The notes beneath the pieces were generated by a model. That model saw only the letters and a list, made by a program, of their open reading frames with translations. It was not told the DNA's origin and ran no database searches. The translations under genes were made by a program, and so were the position numbers. Shown here piece after piece: positions 15,475-23,900 of a stretch of 42,788 bases of DNA; position 1 is the stretch's first letter, and the number at the start of each line of letters is the position of its first letter. Source of the DNA: Candidatus Woesearchaeota archaeon (GTDB taxonomy: Archaea; Nanobdellota; Nanobdellia; Pacearchaeales; GW2011-AR1); the NCBI GenBank assembly GCA_964355745.1, contig CAYHEN010000002.1:1-42788 (forward strand), written 5' to 3'.

Positions 15475-17811
15475 CTAATAATCGCTTGGCCTTACAATTA
15501 TGCTGCAGCCATCAGGGGTTGGCTGATTTCCGAAATCATCCTGGCATTTTATATAGAAATTATTATCTGTGTTCCATTCTGTGAAATGATTTATGTTGTC
15601 AGAACTTGTCATAGCGATTCCATCATCAAAACTATAACTGCAGGAAGTTGTATCATAAACACACTCTGCTTCTTCGTTTGTTACTATCTTCAAACTTGCT
15701 CCTTCGTTGTATGCTCTGACAACTGCTGGAGAACTGAAATCAGTATCAACAACAAACTCTGTTGTTTCTGTATCGCAGTTTCCTCCTGAATCACAACACT
15801 CTATTGAATACCCGTAACTTCCTCTCGGAAGCCACAAATCTACTGAATGTTGATAAGAGTCTGTATTGGTAAATTTCCCCCTGCCTTGGGCTGCTGCTCT
15901 TTTTATAAAACAAGTTGCTTCTCCGTCTTTATATCCTGCAGAAGTTCTTGCTTGTACTGTGACTTTAACACTTTGTGTGGAATCTTTTATAACTGCTCCG
16001 CTTTTAGGAGTTACACTATCAATTACTAACGGCCTCGTTCCAATTAAAGTATATACATAAGACTGTGAATTAACTTGTCTATTAGTCTCTGGATCGTCTG
16101 GATCTTCATTATCATATTCTGGATGGCTGTTACACATGAAATAGAATTTATTTGCTGTCTGGTCTTTCAATCCGGTTAAGGTTGTTGTGCATTTGTAGAA
16201 CATATTCATATTGAATAATATAGCCTCTTCAGGAGTGTCTGCATCTGTGCAGTCCATTGTTTCTGTCATAGCTTCATAATCTTGGTCATTATGGCTCCAC
16301 TTACATTCAACGGGCTTGTCTAAATATACATCTATTCCAATTGATGTTGTTCCATATTGCACTGGCTTATTATTCTCAGGAGTAGTGAATTCTACTGTTG
16401 CAGCAGTGACATCTGGCGTGTCTTTTACGCAATATTTGAAAACAAATGTTCCATCATTTGCAAGGTCATTAGTGTTCATGCATCTTACAAATATTTCATA
16501 CTTTCCGTCTTCTCTGAATGGAATAGTCTGTCCTTCTAATAAGGCTATTCCCCAGTTATGCAATGAAGTAATTGTATGATCATACACAGAATATCCTGTA
16601 GTTAATTCTGGAATTTCTGTCATTTGTTGATAGGTCTCTGTTCTGTTTGTGCTGACTCTGCATTCTGCTAATTCATCTAAAGTCACTCCAAATGTCAATC
16701 TTGTAGCAGCACCAATACATCCATCTGTTGACGTCTTATCCTTTATTTCTACTCCTCTTTCAGAAGGAAGTGTTGTAGGTAATGGATCATATTTATACTT
16801 CTCTTCATCTAATGGCTCAAGCCAAGGACTTATTACTGGCGCAGTGTTATCATTTCTATTATGCCAATAACAAAATTTTTCATTTCTCAAAAACTGGCAT
16901 GATGCTCCCAAGCTCTCGCATTTATATCTATTGCATTCAAAATCTCCTTTATTACACTCCTCACAATTTGCTCCTTCTCCCTCTGGCTGCCAAGGATAAC
17001 ATGTGAATTTGTATTCATCAATTATGATGTTTAAGTCTCCAAATAATAAATATCCTAAAACAACTATTCCAGTAAGTATCAAAGCAGGAAGAGAAAATGA
17101 AAAGATCCAGATTTTAGTAAAAAGCCAAGTAGGAGCAGTAGCTCCTGCCAAAGAATACCCGTAAGAAACTAATGTTGCTACTGTTGATGCACTAAAATAA
17201 ACTATGCCTGTTGTCAATGCCAATCTACGAGCTGCTTCGGGATTTGCATCAAATAAACTCGCTATATATTTTGTTGCAGTATAAAGAGTAAATGCTGTTC
17301 CAAGATTACTTAATATTTGTAGTGCTGCGTTTCCAGTTGCTGACCAGAATCTTGTCCATGCTGCCTGTGCGGCTTTTTGTGCTGCTGCTGCCGCTGCGGG
17401 CTGTGTAGACGCTGCTGCCTCTGCTGCAGCAGCGTCGTATGCAGGAGTTGCTGGTACTCCTGCTTCAGAACTTGCTCCTGTTATATATTCTTCGGGAAAA
17501 GTCATTGGTGATGATGTCGGTGTCGGTGTTGCTGATGGCATAGGTGCTACTGTTCCCGATTCTGCTAGACCTGATGTAGGGGAAATAGCTCCTGCTCCTC
17601 CCGGAACAGTTACTATTTCTGCTTCTTCAATAATTTCTGGATTTTTCAATATTTCTTGCGCTTCTCGTCCCCCAGCACTCACCAATCTAAACTCTTCTCC
17701 AATAAGATAAGAAAAAGCAACAATGCTGATTACTAATACAAAAATCTCAAATATTGATAACTTTTTTTCTAATTTTCTTTTTTTATTATTTTCAATATCT
17801 CTTTTTATCAT
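15475..17811 (-). CDS. large membrane/surface protein: Ala/Pro/Thr-rich linker, hydrophobic helices, Cys-rich and Ig-like domains
   Basis: translation; CEECN...CNRYKCESLGASC; repeated C-x-W/Y beta modules. Confidence 0.75.
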   Translation of the reverse strand: MIKRDIENNKKRKLEKKLSIFEIFVLVISIVAFSYLIGEEFRLVSAGGREAQEILKNPEIIEEAEIVTVPGGAGAISPTSGLAESGTVAPMPSATPTPTSSPMTFPEEYITGASSEAGVPATPAYDAAAAEAAASTQPAAAAAAQKAAQAAWTRFWSATGNAALQILSNLGTAFTLYTATKYIASLFDANPEAARRLALTTGIVYFSASTVATLVSYGYSLAGATAPTWLFTKIWIFSFSLPALILTGIVVLGYLLFGDLNIIIDEYKFTCYPWQPEGEGANCEECNKGDFECNRYKCESLGASCQFLRNEKFCYWHNRNDNTAPVISPWLEPLDEEKYKYDPLPTTLPSERGVEIKDKTSTDGCIGAATRLTFGVTLDELAECRVSTNRTETYQQMTEIPELTTGYSVYDHTITSLHNWGIALLEGQTIPFREDGKYEIFVRCMNTNDLANDGTFVFKYCVKDTPDVTAATVEFTTPENNKPVQYGTTSIGIDVYLDKPVECKWSHNDQDYEAMTETMDCTDADTPEEAILFNMNMFYKCTTTLTGLKDQTANKFYFMCNSHPEYDNEDPDDPETNRQVNSQSYVYTLIGTRPLVIDSVTPKSGAVIKDSTQSVKVTVQARTSAGYKDGEATCFIKRAAAQGRGKFTNTDSYQHSVDLWLPRGSYGYSIECCDSGGNCDTETTEFVVDTDFSSPAVVRAYNEGASLKIVTNEEAECVYDTTSCSYSFDDGIAMTSSDNINHFTEWNTDNNFYIKCQDDFGNQPTPDGCSIIVRPSDY

Positions 17812-17812
17812 A

Positions 17813-19528
17813 TTAACCTATGTCTTTATCTATAGATAATGCGTTTTTTACATCTCCTTGTCTGTTAATATAATTCACTTTATTTCCGCAATCTCCTAAT
17901 GAATTGCAGATATCCATTAATTCTGCTGCCCAAGAATCTTCTGTACACTCGCAATTTTCTTTGCAATCTCCACTTGTACCTCCAGGTATTAATGTTTCAA
18001 GTATTGTTTTCCCCCTTACTACATAGCATGAAGTAGTTGCTGCAGCACAATCAGATATCACTCCTTCTGGTAGATTTCTATTAAATCCAGGAGGAAATAA
18101 AGGAACGCATGAACCCCATCCAGCATCTTCAGAGTCTTTAAGTATAGGAGCAGAATCCGCCAATTCCTCTGAAAAATCAAAATCTCCCTTTGATTTAGGC
18201 TCCCATCCAGAATAAGTCTTCCATTCACAATCCCTTACATCACTATTCTCACAATCTTCTTTAGTTGTTTGATCAACACAATCCTGCCAAACATTCACTT
18301 TGCAACCCGCATTTAAGAAATTTTCATCTTCATCTTTAATTTTATTATCATTTTCATCTACAACCCCATAAGTACAAATTTTCTGCCTTGTCATGCTTGT
18401 TGGATCACATGCATAAAAAATAACTTCCCCATTCATACATAATGCTTTGTAATCATTTGCTCCAGGAGTGTCCCAATTAGCTATCTTTGAGTCTGTCACA
18501 CACCAACTCTCTCCATGTCTTGGCTTTCCATTTTCATTACCCTCTTGAGGATAATTTCCAGTGTAATCAACACAGTCCAGATTCTTGCAGAAATTATCTC
18601 CAACTAATGTTCCTCCAACTATTTTCTCTCCTGTTTCTTTCTGTTTGCACATGCTTCCAGAAAGAAAATCACAATCCCCACATATTGCTGAATTTTTGTT
18701 TCCTTTTCCATCCCCGCATTTAGATCCTTGAATTTTTGTCCAATAATCCCAATAATCATTTGAACCAGCAGGGTCAGTGTCTTTATCTGCTCTTTTTGAA
18801 TCATAAATATTTGCTAAATTTCCGCAACCATCAATAAACCTGACATCATTTCTTTCATCGCACGAGGTTTTTTTCGTCGGAACACAATTTGTTCCTAAAT
18901 TCGGTGCAGAGCATAAAAATCCAGGATGAAATTCGACATCTGAAAGAGAGGAAATTCTTCCTTTATTCTGGCATTGTTGTCTTGTTGTTCGCTCACATGT
19001 TGTTATAAAATCTTTTGTATAAACACAAGCTCCTTCTGTTCCGGGATTTGCACTTGCCAAGCAAGTTAATTCATCTTTAATATTGGGACGATAACTCGTA
19101 TTTACTCCATAGTATGTTGACATTCTGCTACATGTAACTTTGGTTACAAATGCTGACTGACTTCCTATCAAACAACACCCTAATTGGCATTGGTCAAGTT
19201 CGCTCTTTGGTTTTTCATCCCAATCTCCACCAGCATTCTCACAAACTATTCTTGGTGTATTTGACATGCATATTCCATCTTGCTGAATTATACATGTTCC
19301 AGAATTACAAAAAGAAGTTGTGTCACAAGAAGCAGCGATAACATTCAATTCTTCTCCAGTTAAATGTGAAATTCCTGTTGCACATTTTGATTCACTATCT
19401 ACATTTTGACAATAGGCAGGATTAGCGCCTGTTGTTTTCTCACAGCAATATGTTGTTGCTGAGCCAATTCCAATTAAGAAAATTCCAAGAATTAATACTA
19501 AGCAAACCATTACCTCTTTCTTTATCAT
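17813..19528 (-). CDS. secreted very Cys-rich protein
   Basis: signal peptide from MIKKEV (ATGA overlap at 19525-19528); dozens of Cys including CC pairs. Confidence 0.78.
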   Translation of the reverse strand: MIKKEVMVCLVLILGIFLIGIGSATTYCCEKTTGANPAYCQNVDSESKCATGISHLTGEELNVIAASCDTTSFCNSGTCIIQQDGICMSNTPRIVCENAGGDWDEKPKSELDQCQLGCCLIGSQSAFVTKVTCSRMSTYYGVNTSYRPNIKDELTCLASANPGTEGACVYTKDFITTCERTTRQQCQNKGRISSLSDVEFHPGFLCSAPNLGTNCVPTKKTSCDERNDVRFIDGCGNLANIYDSKRADKDTDPAGSNDYWDYWTKIQGSKCGDGKGNKNSAICGDCDFLSGSMCKQKETGEKIVGGTLVGDNFCKNLDCVDYTGNYPQEGNENGKPRHGESWCVTDSKIANWDTPGANDYKALCMNGEVIFYACDPTSMTRQKICTYGVVDENDNKIKDEDENFLNAGCKVNVWQDCVDQTTKEDCENSDVRDCEWKTYSGWEPKSKGDFDFSEELADSAPILKDSEDAGWGSCVPLFPPGFNRNLPEGVISDCAAATTSCYVVRGKTILETLIPGGTSGDCKENCECTEDSWAAELMDICNSLGDCGNKVNYINRQGDVKNALSIDKDIG

Positions 19529-20307
19529 ATTATTGTTGATGTAGCATATCCTGCAGGCCAAACCTGGCTTCTGACAGCAAACTGTAATTTATCTCCTGTA
19601 TCTCTATTCGTTAAAATGTAAACTTTCCCTCCATCTCCATCGCCTAATCTTTCAACTTTCAAATGAGGATAATATGTCATATACGTTTGTGGTTCTGAAT
19701 CTCCATAAAGAGTTTCCCATTCTATAATGCTACTGGCAATTGCAGTTAATTCATAAAGATTATTGTTCAACATTACAACAAAAGAATCATAGCTTTGTGT
19801 GTCCTCCCCCTTCGTCAAAGTCAAGGAATAATCAAATGTTGAAACAATTCTTTGAGGAAACAATTCAATTCTCCTGTCTCCTGATTTCAAATCCACACTA
19901 TACCCTTTTTTCTCGTAACTACTCTTCAAAGAAGCAAAACAAAATTTAACACTCTCTTCTATTTCATTCTTTATCTCCAATTCAATATGTTGCTTTAATG
20001 CTGGTTGCTGAACAGTGCAAGGTTTGTAATATTCTGTTGTATAGCATAAATATTCAATTTTTTCATCTTTGTAAAGAATATAGTTCTCTGGATTTAAACT
20101 TCCTCCCTGGAGAGATAATTTATCTGCAATGTCTTTTATCTCATCTTCCAAGCATGTCTGAATGTATGAAGGAGGATTTTTTTCTTCTCCTCCCAAAGTT
20201 GATTTAATTTGTGGATAGAAACTATAAATTAGAAAAGCAAGAGCAACAATTATTATAGCAATAATAATGAAAATAGTAACTTGCCCCCTTTTCTCCCCTT
20301 TTTTCAT
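19525..20307 (-). CDS. class III signal peptide (pilin-like) protein
   Basis: KRG|QVTIFIIIAIIIVALAFLIYSF. Confidence 0.85.
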   Translation of the reverse strand: MKKGEKRGQVTIFIIIAIIIVALAFLIYSFYPQIKSTLGGEEKNPPSYIQTCLEDEIKDIADKLSLQGGSLNPENYILYKDEKIEYLCYTTEYYKPCTVQQPALKQHIELEIKNEIEESVKFCFASLKSSYEKKGYSVDLKSGDRRIELFPQRIVSTFDYSLTLTKGEDTQSYDSFVVMLNNNLYELTAIASSIIEWETLYGDSEPQTYMTYYPHLKVERLGDGDGGKVYILTNRDTGDKLQFAVRSQVWPAGYATSTII

Positions 20308-20411
20308 ATCTGTTTTAAGATATCTTTATTTATAAAGTTTAAGGAAATTCTTTGTCTTATTAATTTATCTCGCTGATGCTTGCAAATTACAAACAATAGA
20401 GGGAATATCAT

Positions 20412-20747
20412 TCAAGAAGATGTGTTCTGCTGAATATCTTTTATAATAATCCCTTTTTTCTTCCATACAAATTCATCCTCTTCAAATCTTCCGTTCCTGT
20501 TTTTATCTTCCTGCACAGCAATCAATTCAAAAGAAACAGTATCTTCTTCAGTTCCAATTATTTTATAATAATACCTTAAATCTTCTCTTTTATCTTTATC
20601 TGTATCATATCCTTCTGTAATAAAATTACCATAATTACGGACAATAAGGGTTTGATATCTTTCATAATCTTTTATATTATTGCCTAAAGAAGTGCATCCA
20701 ATAATTGTTCCTATTCCAGCAAGCGCTATTAATTTTTTTAATCTCAT
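20412..20747 (-). CDS. hypothetical lipoprotein
   Basis: MRLKKLIALAGIGTIIGC lipobox-like; DTDKD and DKNRNG loops. Confidence 0.6.
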   Translation of the reverse strand: MRLKKLIALAGIGTIIGCTSLGNNIKDYERYQTLIVRNYGNFITEGYDTDKDKREDLRYYYKIIGTEEDTVSFELIAVQEDKNRNGRFEEDEFVWKKKGIIIKDIQQNTSS

Positions 20748-20807
20748 TAAACAAAGATTATCCCCCCTTTTAATAAACATTGTGATATTTTATCCCTGTC
20801 ATCACTT

Positions 20808-20920
20808 TCGTGTCAGTCGTCTACTCAGACTGATGCTCATTTATGGATTATCTCGCATCAATCTTCTATTCGGACTAATACTCGTCACTGGATTAAATTG
20901 TCTCTCTCGTATTAGTCTTC
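20808..20920 (-). repeat. tandem GA-bracketed hairpins A6/A7 plus a fifth arm, downstream of PCNA
   Basis: five 10-mers each flanked by GA; AGACTAATAC/GTATTAGTCC and AGATTGATGC/GCATCAGTCT; both loops contain TAATCCA. Confidence 0.85.
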
Positions 20921-21637
20921 GGTCTCCACTCTCGGAGCGAGCAAGAAATTCAGCTCCATGTGTTCTGTCTTGATATCTATCTTTAAGGGATGGTCGTTAG
21001 CGAAATGCAACAAAGTTTTCTCGCATAGCTTTGCTCCCTTGAGGAATTTCTGGAGATATTCCAGACTGTATTTGGATTTGCATTCTTCTGCTTCTATCTT
21101 CGCTTCGTCTCCAGAAAATTCGCTTCTCGCAGAATTCAATCCTTTTGACTCAATAATAAATTCTCCCTTTTTTATTATGAAAGAACACGCGTCAGAAACA
21201 ACAATGCAATCTTCAATAGCAGAAATCAAATCCACAGAAGAAATTTCCACTCTTGTGCTGTAATCTAATGTAGGCATTTCTTTTTCCTGCCCCTCTACTT
21301 CAATTAAATTCAAGCCAAAGTTTCTTCTTATCTTGTCGATAACTTGAATGTTCAGAAAATTTTCTCTCTTTTCCAAAATTAAAGAAGTTGAGCTACTGCA
21401 TCTCCTCAGAATTCTCTTCAAACTGTCTAAGTTAATTCCCAAAACTTCGTTTCCTGTCTCAAACTGAGAAAACGCGCTTTTCGGAAGCCTGAATCTGACC
21501 ATTGCAACGTTCGCTGGGTCGATTGCAGTTATGCTCATGCCGAATTCACTAATCTTGATTCTCACTTCTGTAACTAACTCAGATATAACCTCTATTACTT
21601 TTGATAGCAAACTCGGGTCTTCTAATTTTACTAGCAT
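20912..21637 (-). CDS. pcn: DNA polymerase sliding clamp PCNA
   Basis: AIDPANVAMV, SKYSLEYL, FLLAPRVE motifs. Confidence 0.98.
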   Translation of the reverse strand: MLVKLEDPSLLSKVIEVISELVTEVRIKISEFGMSITAIDPANVAMVRFRLPKSAFSQFETGNEVLGINLDSLKRILRRCSSSTSLILEKRENFLNIQVIDKIRRNFGLNLIEVEGQEKEMPTLDYSTRVEISSVDLISAIEDCIVVSDACSFIIKKGEFIIESKGLNSARSEFSGDEAKIEAEECKSKYSLEYLQKFLKGAKLCEKTLLHFANDHPLKIDIKTEHMELNFLLAPRVETED

Positions 21638-21684
21638 ATTTATGGAAGTATTGTTCCTCTTTTAAGCATTATTGTTTTAGAGTT

Positions 21685-21812
21685 GCGATTTCCATCAGGG
21701 GCAGTTAGAGAAATCGCTCAACAGCGCCAAGAGGGAAAATTAAGCCGAGCAACTTTGCGTTTTAATCCATAATTAGCAAGGTTGCGAGTTAAGAAAACCG
21801 TAGGTTGTCTCG
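21685..21812 (+). repeat. composite element: module B + hairpin A4 + tail
   Basis: B matches 12068; A4 stem GCAACTTTGC/GCAAGGTTGC with TAATCCA loop; tail matches 15446..15470. Confidence 0.85.
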
Positions 21813-21851
21813 GATAGTAAGACTTTTAAACAAGATACATAAGATATTCTC

Positions 21852-22751
21852 ATGTTACTTGAGCAACTGGCAAAGAAACCAGAACTGAATATCGATTTTC
21901 ATAATCATCTTCATACTGGAAGTCTTTTAAGGCAACTAGAGAAACCCAAGAGCTTCAAAGAAGGGTTTAAGAATTTATTTTTAGAAGAAGGCTTTTCAAG
22001 CCTTGCAGGAATTTTTGACAGAGTAATGGAAACAGATTTAGACGGGCTTTATATTACAAATTCAAATTTAGATTCGAGATACGAAGACTGGACTTCCAAA
22101 GAGCAAATTGAAATTGCAATAAAAAATGGGTATGAAATAGAACAGGGAGGGTACTTCATCTTTTTTAAAAAAGATAATAAAGTTAAATTCTTAGGGAAAT
22201 CTCAAGAGGTTGCAACAATAAGGGGGCATTTTCTTTTTTCAGGAATAAAAAGAAACAAAAAGTTTTCTGACAGAAAACAACTGGAAGAAACACTGAGAGA
22301 AGCAAATGATGATGAGTTAAAAATTGCAGACCATCCTTACGCAAAACTAAAAGGACAAAATGGAATTATGGCAACCTCAAAAAACCAGAAAGAAGATGCA
22401 AAAAAAGTTGATGCGTTTGAAAGAAATGGAAATTTCTGTCTCCCTTTTTCATTTGCAAATTTGATAGCAATTAAAAATTCAGAAAAATATCACAAGCCAT
22501 TAGTCGCAGATTCAGACGGGCATCATCCAAGAGACATAGGAAAAACCTACAATATATTCAATTCCAAAGATTTAATTTACACCTCTGAAAGAGTATTTAG
22601 GGATTCAATAAATTATGCTGTCAGAAACAATAACTTTGAATGCAGATTCAGGCCAATTCCTTTTTGGAGAGTTTTCCATCACGCAATGATGATTGGGATA
22701 CATTATGTATTCGACAAATTCAAAGGAAGAGAAAAAGAAGGGGTGAAATAA
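21852..22751 (+). CDS. PHP-superfamily metal-dependent phosphoesterase-like protein
   Basis: IDFHNH, GH, DHPY and DSDGH motifs. Confidence 0.75.
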   Translation: MLLEQLAKKPELNIDFHNHLHTGSLLRQLEKPKSFKEGFKNLFLEEGFSSLAGIFDRVMETDLDGLYITNSNLDSRYEDWTSKEQIEIAIKNGYEIEQGGYFIFFKKDNKVKFLGKSQEVATIRGHFLFSGIKRNKKFSDRKQLEETLREANDDELKIADHPYAKLKGQNGIMATSKNQKEDAKKVDAFERNGNFCLPFSFANLIAIKNSEKYHKPLVADSDGHHPRDIGKTYNIFNSKDLIYTSERVFRDSINYAVRNNNFECRFRPIPFWRVFHHAMMIGIHYVFDKFKGREKEGVK

Positions 22752-22931
22752 TTACTATTAATTACTATCAGAAATAAAGTATAACAAATCTTAAAAAACT
22801 GCTTTCTTATGGTTGATAAATGGCTGAAAAGATAAAAGTAGATTTGCATAGGAAAAGCACAAAGTTAGCTTCCCTAAAACATTTTATTGATTTAAAAATA
22901 TTAAATAAGGTTTTTCCATTAAGGAGATAAA

Positions 22932-23858
22932 ATGAAACTCGGGGTTGTATCAAGAATAGGAGAATTTTCACAAGAGAATTGGCGAGGAGAGTTTGAAACT
23001 TTTGGGAAGAATGGGCAAGGAGCGAGTCATTTGGAATTAATTTCTAATTATCCTTACTTTGGGCCTGCAGATTACACAGAAGAGGACATAGGATTATTAA
23101 AAGAACTCGCAAGAAAAAACGAACTAAAACTTACGATTCACTTACTTCCCAACCAAAGGGGTCTGTCAAAAGAACTTTCAGAGAGTATATTTGATTCTCA
23201 AGAAAGAACTAAGGAATTTGTAGAACATCAAAAGAAGGTTTATTCTTCTTATAACATAGGAGCTTTAGACGGAAGAGTACGTAGAGAGAGCAGAAAAGAG
23301 ATATTGAGAACACTGGAAATGGCGAGAAAGCTTGGAGTGGAAGTAATAACAATTCATGGAGGAAGTTATACTGATGATAGAGAATTCCCAATAAACTTAG
23401 AGAGGGCGAGAAGAACACTGGAAGAAGTTAATCCGTATTTCACAGATGTAAAATTATGCGTAGAGAATCTTCCAACACTCGGACACGGAAATGACTTCAT
23501 AAGGGAGTTTCCAAAGCATATCGCAGATGTTCTATACCTTACAAAAGATTTGAATAATGTTGGCATTTGCCTTGATGTCGGGCATGCAAATGTTTCTGGA
23601 AGAGTATTATCTTTCTATGAAGCACTAAAAAAAACAGGCAAACTCTGGGATTTTCATTTGCATGACAATAAGGGAGATAAGGATGACCACCTTCAAGTCG
23701 GAGAAGGAAATGTTCCTTTTAGAGAGTTGTTTGAAGAATTAAAGAGAGATAATTATCAAGGAACGCTTTCCATAGAGCTTGACACCTGGTGCAGAAGAGA
23801 AATGCAGAAAGAAGAGAGAATCTTTGCATTGGATTATTTAAGAAGACTAATGAAATAA
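22932..23858 (+). CDS. sugar phosphate isomerase/epimerase (AP endonuclease 2-like TIM barrel)
   Basis: TIHGG, CVENL, CLDVGHA, HLHDN, DDHL, SIE motifs. Confidence 0.9.
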   Translation: MKLGVVSRIGEFSQENWRGEFETFGKNGQGASHLELISNYPYFGPADYTEEDIGLLKELARKNELKLTIHLLPNQRGLSKELSESIFDSQERTKEFVEHQKKVYSSYNIGALDGRVRRESRKEILRTLEMARKLGVEVITIHGGSYTDDREFPINLERARRTLEEVNPYFTDVKLCVENLPTLGHGNDFIREFPKHIADVLYLTKDLNNVGICLDVGHANVSGRVLSFYEALKKTGKLWDFHLHDNKGDKDDHLQVGEGNVPFRELFEELKRDNYQGTLSIELDTWCRREMQKEERIFALDYLRRLMK

Positions 23859-23900
23859 AATTATAACAAATAATATAAATGTATAGTTATAAATCTGTTA

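Noticed and set aside
17365-17435. GCT/GCA-rich tandem-like repeat
   Set aside because: Explained by an Ala-rich coding linker.
20808-20920. CRISPR mini-array
   Set aside because: Units are alternating inverted 10-mers with shared loops, not identical direct repeats with unique spacers; no cas genes.
11391-21788. Box C/D sRNAs or kink-turns
   Set aside because: Tandem GA present, but no consistent RUGAUGA/CUGA boxes or 3-nt bulge.
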